This document shows, piece by piece, positions 47,602-56,341 of a stretch of DNA of 64,000 bases. Location of the stretch: NCBI GenBank assembly GCA_019636015.1, contig JAHBYJ010000001.1, positions 2,106,066-2,170,065 on the forward strand, written 5' to 3'. The DNA comes from Parvibaculaceae bacterium. GTDB lineage: Bacteria > Pseudomonadota > Alphaproteobacteria > Parvibaculales > Parvibaculaceae. The position numbers and the translations under genes were made by a program. The notes under the pieces are model-generated. The model saw only the letters and a list, made by a program, of their open reading frames with translations. It did no database searches and was not told the origin of the DNA. Every line of letters starts with the position of its first letter. The stretch's first letter is position 1.

Positions 47602-48339
47602 GGGAACCGTCCCGTTGGCGATGGGTACCGGTTCAAGTACCTCGCCGGCCTTCCTGTGCGGCGGCTCCACCAGTCCGGCCGAGATGATCATCTTCGCGCC
47701 TTCCTCGATCGTCATGTCGAGAACCTGAATATCCTCCTTCGGCACGAAAAGGAGAAATCCGGATGTAGGGTTCGGCGTCGTCGGCAGAAACACGCTGACG
47801 AGCTCGTCATGATCCACGCGTTCGAGAATTTCGCATTTCGTCTGTGTCGTGATGAAAACGAGACAGTAAAGCCCTTTGCGCGGATATTCGATCAGGCCGA
47901 CTTCCCGGAAAGAAGCGTTGGACTGCGAGATCACCGTCTCGAATATCTGCTTGAGCGCGCCATAGATGCTCCGCACCACCGGCATGCGCCCGACGAGCCT
48001 CTCACCCATATTGAGCACCGTCCGGCCAAAGATGTTGGCGGTCAGCGCGCCAAGCAGCGTCAGCAGCACGAAGGCGATGAGCAGCCCGAGCCCCGGAATG
48101 TCGAAAGGCAGATAATTATCGGGCTGGTAATCCGCCGGGATGATCGGCGTGAACCAGGTGTCGATCAGATCGATGAACCAGCGCGTGATCCAGATGGTGA
48201 GCCCGATCGGTGCCGCAACGACGAGGCCGGTCAGAAAGTAGTTCCTGATCCGGGTCATGAATCCGGTCGGCTTGGCCGGCAGAATCAAATGGGGTTCGGG
48301 GCTGCTGGAGGGAGAGTTTTCGTCGTCAGGAGTGTTCAT
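47593..48339 (-). CDS. DUF502 family membrane protein
   Basis: RNYFLTGL and VFLPTTPNPTSGF motifs. Confidence 0.9.
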   Translation of the reverse strand: MNTPDDENSPSSSPEPHLILPAKPTGFMTRIRNYFLTGLVVAAPIGLTIWITRWFIDLIDTWFTPIIPADYQPDNYLPFDIPGLGLLIAFVLLTLLGALTANIFGRTVLNMGERLVGRMPVVRSIYGALKQIFETVISQSNASFREVGLIEYPRKGLYCLVFITTQTKCEILERVDHDELVSVFLPTTPNPTSGFLLFVPKEDIQVLDMTIEEGAKMIISAGLVEPPHRKAGEVLEPVPIANGTVPSA

Positions 48340-48523
48340 TCAGCCTGCCACTGGCTCGCCCGTCAGGAGAAGGGCTGCATTGACGCCGGGGCACACTGGC
48401 CTTCCGGCTTCTTGTCTATTCATAGCATTGCGGGGCTTCCCTGTCAGGCAGGACGCCTCCATCATAGGGCCAACAAATATTGAAAAACGGGCCCGAACGG
48501 CCTCGGAAACAGGGAGAAAAGCC

Positions 48524-49558
48524 ATGGCGAAGAGCGCCCCGGGCACGAAGGTGCGGCTGCTGCCGGAAGACGAGTACACGCACAAGCCGGATGCCGCGAC
48601 GAACTATAACGAGAGCATGTATTTCAACATGTTCGATCCCGTTCGGAAGACCGGCGGCTGGTTTCGCCTCGGCAATCGGCCGAACGAAGGTCATGCCGAA
48701 ATGTCCGTCTGCCTCTATCTCCCGGATGGCCGGGTCGCCTTCATGTATGCCCGGCCGAAAATTTCCAATAATGACGAAATGAACGCCGGCGGCATGAAGA
48801 TCGAGGTGATCGAGCCCTTCAAGCGCCTGCGCCTCACCTATTCCGGCAAGGCCGTCGTGCTCGCCCGCCCCTTCGAGATGGCGGACCCCGCCCGCGCCTT
48901 CAAGGAAAACCCGGTTCTCCCCTGCGAGGTCGAACTCGATTATGAAGGCGTCTCGCCCATGTTCGGCGGCGAGACGGTGAAGGAAGATGGCTCCCCCCTC
49001 GATCTCGATCCGGAAAAATCCTTCGCCAAGGCTCATTACGAACAGCACATGGCCGCCAAGGGCCGCTTCAAGGTCGGTGACGAAACCTTTGAAGTCGAAG
49101 GCTTCGGCCTGCGCGACAAGAGCTGGGGCCCGCGCTACTGGCAGGCAATCCACTGGTACCGCTGGCTGCCCATGAATTTCGGCCGCGACTTCGGCATGAT
49201 GATTTCGATCGTCACCAATGACGAAGGCAAGGAACGGCATGGCGGCATGGTGCTGAAGGACGGCAAATATGACCTCATCGCCAGATGCAGCATCGACAGC
49301 GACTGGGACGAGAACTGGTACCAGACCGCCCTGCGCGCAAAGGTCGAGACGGAATCCGGCGCGACCTATGAAGTCGAAGGCAAGGTCATGTCGCTCATCC
49401 CGCTGCGCAACCGCCGCAAGGATGCCGACGGCAACGAACTCAACACCCGTATCACCGAAGGCATGACCGAATATCGCTGCAATGGCATGACGGGCTATGG
49501 CCTCTCCGAATATCTCGACCAGATCGTGGACGGCAAGCCCGTCGGTGCAGGGCATTGA
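48524..49558 (+). CDS. Conserved hypothetical beta-rich protein (NESxYF / RDKSWGPR motifs)
   Basis: GGGAG RBS; NESMYF, HYEQH and GLRDKSWGPR motifs; first gene of the operon. Confidence 0.8.
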   Translation: MAKSAPGTKVRLLPEDEYTHKPDAATNYNESMYFNMFDPVRKTGGWFRLGNRPNEGHAEMSVCLYLPDGRVAFMYARPKISNNDEMNAGGMKIEVIEPFKRLRLTYSGKAVVLARPFEMADPARAFKENPVLPCEVELDYEGVSPMFGGETVKEDGSPLDLDPEKSFAKAHYEQHMAAKGRFKVGDETFEVEGFGLRDKSWGPRYWQAIHWYRWLPMNFGRDFGMMISIVTNDEGKERHGGMVLKDGKYDLIARCSIDSDWDENWYQTALRAKVETESGATYEVEGKVMSLIPLRNRRKDADGNELNTRITEGMTEYRCNGMTGYGLSEYLDQIVDGKPVGAGH

Positions 49559-49559
49559 T

Positions 49560-50573
49560 ATGACGGAGGCGAGCAATCCGATTGCGGCGCCGCTCGAAGA
49601 CGTCGCACGCAGGCATATTCCCGGCGCCACGGGCATCGATGCGCTGAAGCGTCTCTCCGGCGGCGCAAGTCAGGAAATCTGGTCTTTCGACGCGGTAACG
49701 CCGTCAGGCGCCGTGCCGCTCATCTTGCGCCGCGCGCCCGGTGGCTTCCGCGATGCCGGCCGCTCCGGCACCGCCGTTCCACTCGAAACGGAGGCACGCC
49801 TGATCCGCCTCGCGGAAGAAGTCGGCGTGCCCGTTCCGCCCGTACGTCACGTATTGACCGAGGAAGACGGCATCGGCCAGGGCTTCATCATGGACCGCGT
49901 GCCGGGCGAGACGCTGGCGCGCAAGATCCTTCGCGACGAGGAATTCGCCGGCGCACGCCCGAAACTCGCCCGCCAATGCGGTGAAATTCTCGCAAGGCTC
50001 CACACAGTCGAGAAGTCGAAGCTGCCGCCGCTGCGCACGGCCACCGGCCGCGACGAGGTGGAGCAATATTTCACCACCTACAAGCAACTCGACTATCCGC
50101 ATCCCGTCTTCGAACTTGCCTTCCGCTGGCTCAGGGACAATGCACCGCAAACAACCGAGCTCACGCTTGTCCATGGCGACTTCCGGAACGGTAATCTGAT
50201 GATCGGTCCGGATGGCGTGCGCGCCGTTCTCGATTGGGAGATCGCCCATGTCGGCGACCCCATGGCCGACCTCTCATGGATCTGCATCAACCCCTGGCGC
50301 TTCGGCAATATCGACATGCCCGTTGGCGGCTTCGGCACGCGCGAGGATTTGTTTGCGGGCTATGAAGCGGCGGGCGGCGGCAAGGTCGATCCCGCCCGCG
50401 TGAAATTCTGGGAGGTGCTGGGCACGCTCAAATGGGGTGTCATGTGCATGGGCATGGCATCCGCCTTCCTTCAGGGTGACCGCTCGGTCGAGCGTGCCAC
50501 CATCGGCCGCCGCTCGTCGGAAACGGAAGTCGACCTGATGCGCCTTCTCGCCCCTCTCACCGGCAAGGAATAG
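49560..50573 (+). CDS. APH-family phosphotransferase (LvaA/ACAD10 kinase-like)
   Basis: LSGGASQE, HGDFRNGN and LDWE..H.GDP motifs. Confidence 0.88.
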   Translation: MTEASNPIAAPLEDVARRHIPGATGIDALKRLSGGASQEIWSFDAVTPSGAVPLILRRAPGGFRDAGRSGTAVPLETEARLIRLAEEVGVPVPPVRHVLTEEDGIGQGFIMDRVPGETLARKILRDEEFAGARPKLARQCGEILARLHTVEKSKLPPLRTATGRDEVEQYFTTYKQLDYPHPVFELAFRWLRDNAPQTTELTLVHGDFRNGNLMIGPDGVRAVLDWEIAHVGDPMADLSWICINPWRFGNIDMPVGGFGTREDLFAGYEAAGGGKVDPARVKFWEVLGTLKWGVMCMGMASAFLQGDRSVERATIGRRSSETEVDLMRLLAPLTGKE

Positions 50574-50577
50574 GAAG

Positions 50578-50964
50578 ATGCAGGATCAACCCTCCGCCAT
50601 CGATCTCATCGGCGCGGTCAGCGAATTCATCCGCAACCACGCCATGCCTCAGCTGAAGGGCCATACCGCCTTTCATGCGCTGGTCGCCGCCAATGCGCTC
50701 GACATCGTCAAACGGGAGCTCGAAATCGGCCCGAAGGCGGGTGACGAAGAACTCTCCCGTCTCAAGTCCCTTCTCGGGAAGGACGGCTCGCTCGATGCGC
50801 TGAACCGCGAGCTATGCGCGAAAATCGAGAACGGGGATATGACGCTCGATACGCCGGGTCTGCGCGAGCACCTCTGGGCGACGACCCTCACCAAGCTCGC
50901 CATCGACCAGCCGAAATATTCCGGCTACCGCCGCGCGCTCGAAGAAGCTGGAGCGGGCAAATGA
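50578..50964 (+). CDS. DUF6285 / LvaB-like small protein
   Basis: QPSAIDLI...VAANALDIVKRE...KLAIDQPKY; directly follows the APH kinase. Confidence 0.78.
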   Translation: MQDQPSAIDLIGAVSEFIRNHAMPQLKGHTAFHALVAANALDIVKRELEIGPKAGDEELSRLKSLLGKDGSLDALNRELCAKIENGDMTLDTPGLREHLWATTLTKLAIDQPKYSGYRRALEEAGAGK

Positions 50965-51773
50965 GCGCTCTCGTCCGCCTCGAGATCGACGGCGCCATTG
51001 CCACGGTGACCTTCGACAATCCGCCTCGCGGCTACATGAACGCCGCGCAGGTTGCCGAACTTGGCGATGTTGTCGAGCGGCTGGCTGCCGACGACGCGGT
51101 GCGCGTGGTGATCTTCACCGGCGGCGTTCCCGGCGTCTTTGTCCGTCATTACGATGTCGCGGAGATCGTCGCCGTCGCCGACCGCATCAAGAGCAGCGGC
51201 AGCACCCGGGACGAGATGATGGCGGCGGGCAAGCGCGGCAACGCCATCTCGGCCGTGTTCGACAAGGTCGATCGTATGCCGAAGCCGACCATCGCGGCCA
51301 TCAACGGATTTGCGCAGGGTGGCGGATTCGAGTTTGCGCTCTGCTGCGATATAAGGATCGCGGAAAGCGGCGACTACAGGATCGGCCTGCCCGAGACCAA
51401 TATCGGCATTTTCCCGGGTGCAGGCGGCACCGAACGCCTGCCCCGCCTGATCGGCGAAGCGCGGGCGCTTGAGCTGATCCTGCGCGGCCGCACCGTCGGC
51501 CCGGCCGAAGCAGGAGTGCTTGGCCTCGTTCACGAAGTGACGCCGGGTCCGGCGCTGGACCGCGCCAGGCTGGTCGCTGCGGAACTCGCAAGAATGCCGG
51601 CCGGGGGTATTGCCGAGGCCAAGGCTCTCGTCAAGCGGACCGCCGAACGGCCCCTCGACGATGCATGTGCCGAAGCACGCGGCCGGTTCAGCGTGCTGAT
51701 CGCGGACGATGAGGACGCCGTCACCGCCATGCAGGCTTTCCTCGACGGCGGCGAGGACATCAACAAACGCTGA
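50961..51773 (+). CDS. Enoyl-CoA hydratase/isomerase (crotonase) family protein
   Basis: [17 protein letters not shown] and [13 protein letters not shown] motifs; ATGA overlap with the upstream gene. Confidence 0.9.
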   Translation: MSALVRLEIDGAIATVTFDNPPRGYMNAAQVAELGDVVERLAADDAVRVVIFTGGVPGVFVRHYDVAEIVAVADRIKSSGSTRDEMMAAGKRGNAISAVFDKVDRMPKPTIAAINGFAQGGGFEFALCCDIRIAESGDYRIGLPETNIGIFPGAGGTERLPRLIGEARALELILRGRTVGPAEAGVLGLVHEVTPGPALDRARLVAAELARMPAGGIAEAKALVKRTAERPLDDACAEARGRFSVLIADDEDAVTAMQAFLDGGEDINKR

Positions 51774-51922
51774 TCCACCCCGGCTGCCGGATTGGTGGCG
51801 GACGCCCCTGCGGGGAATCGCGCCACACCAGCGAAAAGGGGGACTGTCCGGTGACACTTTGGTAAGCGGTTCGACGCTAGGGTGCGAAATCACTCTTTCA
51901 GCATTCCGTCCAGGCCCCTATC

Positions 51923-52429
51923 GTGCCGAATTACCGCCTCGCCGCCATCGAAAGTATCTCGGAGCGCCACCCCGTGCGCGCCTTCGAAGCATGCTGGCGG
52001 CGTCATAGCGAGGCGTCTCCGGACGCGATCCCGTCGCGCAGCCAGATCAACCCGGGCGAAATTACCGGCGTTCTACCTTGGCTCCTCGTGCTTGAAGTCT
52101 TGCGCCACGGCAATGCGCTGGACTACCGCTACCGCCTGGCCGGCACCGCCTGCACGGAAATCTTTGGCGTCGACTACACGGGCCGCAGGCTGGGTGAGCA
52201 TCTGACGCCCGAGGGCGAGAAAATCCGGCGGCGGGAGTTCGCGGATGTTCTGGATAGCGGCAAGCCCGTCTTCTCCACGACCAGTCTCCCCGTGAAATCG
52301 AGGGAGTTCATCACGGTACATCGCGGCGTCTTTCCGGTGCGCGCGGCGGCCAACGACACGGATCAGATCTTCGTGGTTATTGCGCCCGTCTCGGCGGAAT
52401 GTTCCACCCGCGCGCCCTATCTCGCCTGA
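51923..52429 (+). CDS. Stand-alone PAS-domain protein (PAS_5-like)
   Basis: PSRSQINP, YRYRLAGT and DYTGR motifs. Confidence 0.78.
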   Translation: MPNYRLAAIESISERHPVRAFEACWRRHSEASPDAIPSRSQINPGEITGVLPWLLVLEVLRHGNALDYRYRLAGTACTEIFGVDYTGRRLGEHLTPEGEKIRRREFADVLDSGKPVFSTTSLPVKSREFITVHRGVFPVRAAANDTDQIFVVIAPVSAECSTRAPYLA

Positions 52430-53448
52430 CCGCCAAGTCCTTCCGCCAGATCATCGCGATAGGTTTCGAGCCGCGCGAGATAGGTCGAAAGCATCTCCTC
52501 CTTGCCCATCCGCTTCAGGTCGAGCGCTTCCGAAGGGCGGGTCGAGAAAAGCATCTCGGCCACCCGCCGGTTCGCAGGCTCCGAATAATGCGTCCCGTCA
52601 TAGGTATTGCCGGTATCGATGGTGAGCGAGGACGGCACGCCAAAATCGAGGAAGCGGTCGAACTTCTCCGATGCGAGATGGATCGCCGTTGCATATTGCG
52701 GCAACCACCCGGCCTTTTCATAGCCATCGATCGCCCATGCGGAAATCGGAGGCACATAGCCGAGAAGCTCCGCATCCGGAAACACCCCGCGCATCTCGTC
52801 GTAGAATTTCACGCGATGCGTGCCTGTGAAGCGGCCCGCCATCATGTCGGTCACCGGCCTCGCCGGATCGTAGAGCGGCGCCCCCGGCGCGATACGGCAT
52901 TCGAAATCGAGCGTGTAGACGCGGTCGAGCGGCGACTCTCCAACGAGCGTCCGCCACGACATGGAGATGGCGTCGAACGAGAGATAGGTCAGCAGCGCCG
53001 GCTTCGGTTCGCCGAGCTCGCGGATGAAGGGCGGAATATTTGTGCCGCCGATTTTGTCGCGGAACGCCGCGGCAGGCACGCCCATCACGACGAGCTTGGG
53101 GCGGAAACCCCGATTGGCGATGTAGCGCGCATAGGCTACTGCCTCTTCGGCCTTGCCTGCCGAAAATGCGAAGTTGAAACAGCGATAGCCTTCGATCCGC
53201 TGTTCCGGCAGGAGCGTCACCCGGCTGTCGCCGAAAATCACGCAGTCATATTCATCCTGTCTGTCGAGAAAAAGATTGATCTTGCTGAGCCGCTCGTTGA
53301 ACGCATAGTTGATGTTCCCGACCTTGTTGCCGCCGAAATACCACATCGGGTCCACGGCCGCGTTCAGCGCCAGCGCCGACGCCCCGATGGCAATCACCGT
53401 CGCCACGAGCGCCGCGAAATAGCCGGGAATGTATCTGTTCATCGTCAT
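52417..53448 (-). CDS. Membrane-anchored SGNH-like (DltD/AlgJ-type) acyltransferase partner
   Basis: N-terminal TM segment ending NAAVDP; FGDSR and DGTH motifs; downstream of the MBOAT gene. Confidence 0.75.
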   Translation of the reverse strand: MTMNRYIPGYFAALVATVIAIGASALALNAAVDPMWYFGGNKVGNINYAFNERLSKINLFLDRQDEYDCVIFGDSRVTLLPEQRIEGYRCFNFAFSAGKAEEAVAYARYIANRGFRPKLVVMGVPAAAFRDKIGGTNIPPFIRELGEPKPALLTYLSFDAISMSWRTLVGESPLDRVYTLDFECRIAPGAPLYDPARPVTDMMAGRFTGTHRVKFYDEMRGVFPDAELLGYVPPISAWAIDGYEKAGWLPQYATAIHLASEKFDRFLDFGVPSSLTIDTGNTYDGTHYSEPANRRVAEMLFSTRPSEALDLKRMGKEEMLSTYLARLETYRDDLAEGLGGQAR

Positions 53449-53461
53449 CGGTCGGCGGCAC

Positions 53462-54970
53462 TCAGAACTGGAAATAAAGGAATTCGCTGATCCGCTGCAG
53501 GCTGAGGAACGAGGCCGCAGCGGCAAGGCCGACCGCGATTGCCACGCGTTTGCTCGGCCGCCAGAGGAATAGCCGCTGATACTTCGTTCCGTCGACAGGC
53601 AGCAGCAACGGGTCTGCCCTCCGGTCGGCCCATGTGTAGTTGAAGGCCGGGCGGACCATGGCGAGCCATTGCTGCGTGTTCGGCCAGAACCAGACAATGC
53701 CCATCCAGAAGGCGAGCCAGGCGAGGTTTTCTCCAAGCCGCGCCATATCGAGGTCGAGCGGCACCGCCACAAGCCCCTTGTAGATTGCGAAGGCGGCGTC
53801 GAGATCGGCCGCGCGGAAGAGCACCCATGCAAGAGCCACGCAGAGGAATGTCAGCGCCCGGGCAAAACCGCGCGACCACCATCTGTTGATCTTCGGGATC
53901 GGCAGCGCATTCCAGCCGTGATTGACGATCAGCATGAACCCGTGCGCCGCGCCCCACAGCATGAAGGTCCATGCCGGCCCATGCCAGAGCCCGCCAAGCG
54001 CCATGGTGATGAAGAGATTGAGATAGCGCCGCACATTGCCTCGCCGGTTGCCGCCGAGCGAGATGTAGAGATAGTCGCGCAGGAAACGCGACAGCGTCAT
54101 GTGCCAGCGCCGCCAGAAATCGGTGATGCTGATGGCCTGATAAGGCGAATGGAAATTGAGCGGCAGTCTGATCCCGAATATGCGCGCCGCGCCGATCGCC
54201 ATGTCTGAATAGCCGGAAAAATCGAAATAGAGCTGGAACGTATAGGCGAGCATCCCCTCCCATGCGTCGAAGAAGCCGATCTCGCCGCCATTCGCCGCCC
54301 GGGCGAAGACTGGCGTCGCCACCAGCGCCACATTGTCCGCCAGCACTACTTTCTTGAAGAGGCCGATCAGGAAGATCGTGAGGCCGATGGCAAGGTTCAT
54401 CCGGTCGAAGGAAAAGCCCTTTGCCCGTTTCGTCTGCGAGAAGATTTCCTTGTGATGGACGATCGGCCCTGCAATGAGCTGCGGAAAGAACATCACGAAG
54501 AAGCAGTATTCGAGAAAGGAATGCGGCTCGACCTCGCCCCGCCGCGCATCCACGAGATAGGCAATCTTCTGGAATGTGAAGAAGGAAATGGCGAGCGGCA
54601 GGATGATGTGCTGCAGCGGAATGCCCGTATCGAACAGCGCATTCGAAGTCCCGATCAGGAAGTCGGTATATTTGAAATAGGCGAGCGCGCCGAGGTCCAC
54701 CGTCACCCCGAAAGCGGTCAGCAGCGTCGCCTGCCCGCCGCCCGACTTCAGCCGCTCGGTCATGATGGCCTTGGCCATCAGGAAGTTGAAGATCGCCAGG
54801 CCGATGAGCAGCGGCAGATAGACCGGGTTCCACCAGCCATAGAAGAACAGAGAGGCGAGGACGAGAAAGCCGAGGCTCGCCTCGCGTCCGAGCCGCGCCC
54901 GGATGACGAAACAGCCGATGGCGACCAGCGGCAGGAAGACGAAAAGGAATACGGGTGAGTTGAACAGCAA
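53462..54970 (-). CDS. MBOAT O-acyltransferase (AlgI/DltB/PatA family)
   Basis: LPLAISFFTFQ, DFSGYSDMA, DFWRRWHMTLS and GLWHG motifs; C-terminal FLYFQF. Confidence 0.93.
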   Translation of the reverse strand: MLFNSPVFLFVFLPLVAIGCFVIRARLGREASLGFLVLASLFFYGWWNPVYLPLLIGLAIFNFLMAKAIMTERLKSGGGQATLLTAFGVTVDLGALAYFKYTDFLIGTSNALFDTGIPLQHIILPLAISFFTFQKIAYLVDARRGEVEPHSFLEYCFFVMFFPQLIAGPIVHHKEIFSQTKRAKGFSFDRMNLAIGLTIFLIGLFKKVVLADNVALVATPVFARAANGGEIGFFDAWEGMLAYTFQLYFDFSGYSDMAIGAARIFGIRLPLNFHSPYQAISITDFWRRWHMTLSRFLRDYLYISLGGNRRGNVRRYLNLFITMALGGLWHGPAWTFMLWGAAHGFMLIVNHGWNALPIPKINRWWSRGFARALTFLCVALAWVLFRAADLDAAFAIYKGLVAVPLDLDMARLGENLAWLAFWMGIVWFWPNTQQWLAMVRPAFNYTWADRRADPLLLPVDGTKYQRLFLWRPSKRVAIAVGLAAAASFLSLQRISEFLYFQF

Positions 54971-55070
54971 TTGGCGAGGGGGCTCCTGCCCCGGGCGGAA
55001 AAGGGACTGGAAGGGAGACTCAGAGCGGCATCGCTCGTCAGTCGCGCGATATTAGATCGAACCAAGGCAT

Positions 55071-55099
55071 AAAAAAGGCCGGGAACGCGGTCCCGGCCT
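55071..55099 (-). terminator. Intrinsic terminator of the thiolase operon
   Basis: AGGCCGGGA / TCCCGGCCT stem with an A6 run on the plus strand. Confidence 0.75.
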
Positions 55100-55126
55100 C
55101 CTTCGGATCATTTATTTCGCACCGGA

Positions 55127-56329
55127 TCACGCACCATGGGCGCCGATGATCGTCACAGAACAGACATTCTGCGAGGGCGCGCCGCCCAGATTGTGCGTGA
55201 GGCCGATCTTCGGGTTCGGCAGCTGGCGCTCGCCCGCCCGGCCCTGGAGCTGCAGATACATCTCATAGGCCATGCGCAGGCCCGACGCGCCGATCGGGTG
55301 CCCAAAGCATTTGAGGCCGCCATCGATCTGGCAGGGCACCTTGCCGTCGGCATCGTAGAACCCGTCCATGACGTCCTTCACCGCGCCGCCTTCGGGCGAG
55401 ATGAAAAGGTCTTCCATGGTAACGAGTTCCGTCACCGAGAAGCAGTCATGCACTTCCATCATGCTGACCTGCTCGCGCGGATTGTCGATCCCGGCTTCCT
55501 TGTAGGCCTTCTTGGCGGCAATACGCGCCGTGTGGAAGTAGCTCCCGTCCCAGCTGTTGTGCTGGCTCTCGAGCCCGTTCGAAACGGAAAGCTGCATCGC
55601 CTTCACGGTCACGATGTTCTTCTTGCCCATCGCCCTGGCGATTTCCGGCGTGGTCACGATGGCCGCCGCCGCGCCGTCCGACACGCCGCAGCAATCGAAC
55701 AGGCCGAGCGGTTCGGCAATCATCGGCGCGTTGAGAACCTGGTCCTCGGTCACCTCGTTGCGCAGATGCGCCTTCGGGTTCTTGGCGCCATTCGCATGGC
55801 TCTTCACCGAGACATGGGCGATGGCCCGCTTCAGGTCTTCCTTGCTGACGCCGTGCTTCGCCCGGTAGGCGGAAGCAAGCTGGGCGAAGTTGCCCGGCGC
55901 CGAACCGGAGGGCGACCATTGCGGGTTGAGCGTGCCCATATTGCCGACCGGCAAGCCGCCATAGCCCGTGTCCTTGAGCTTCTCGACGCCCACCGCGAGC
56001 GCGATATCCGCCGCGCCGGAGGCGACGGCATAGACAGCGCCGCGAAGCGCTTCCGAGCCCGAGGCGCAGAAGTTTTCCACGCGCGTCACCGCAATGTTCG
56101 GGAGCCGCAGCGCAAGCGACAGCGGCGTGCCGCCCTTGCCCGTGCCGATCTCGTCGATATGGGTCGAGAACCACGCCGCATCGAGCTGCGTCGGCTCGAT
56201 GCCCGCATCCTGCATCGCCTCGAGATAGGCCTCGACCATCAGTTCTTCGGGGCCCGCGTCCCAGCGTTCGCCGAATTTGGAGCAACCCATGCCGAGGATC
56301 GCGACCTTGTCCTTGATACCTGCCGCCAT
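55127..56329 (-). CDS. SCP2/PhlC-type thiolase (acetyl-CoA acetyltransferase)
   Basis: VENFCASG, EVHDCF and GHPIGASG motifs. Confidence 0.9.
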   Translation of the reverse strand: MAAGIKDKVAILGMGCSKFGERWDAGPEELMVEAYLEAMQDAGIEPTQLDAAWFSTHIDEIGTGKGGTPLSLALRLPNIAVTRVENFCASGSEALRGAVYAVASGAADIALAVGVEKLKDTGYGGLPVGNMGTLNPQWSPSGSAPGNFAQLASAYRAKHGVSKEDLKRAIAHVSVKSHANGAKNPKAHLRNEVTEDQVLNAPMIAEPLGLFDCCGVSDGAAAAIVTTPEIARAMGKKNIVTVKAMQLSVSNGLESQHNSWDGSYFHTARIAAKKAYKEAGIDNPREQVSMMEVHDCFSVTELVTMEDLFISPEGGAVKDVMDGFYDADGKVPCQIDGGLKCFGHPIGASGLRMAYEMYLQLQGRAGERQLPNPKIGLTHNLGGAPSQNVCSVTIIGAHGA

Positions 56330-56341
56330 GTCCGTTTCTCC

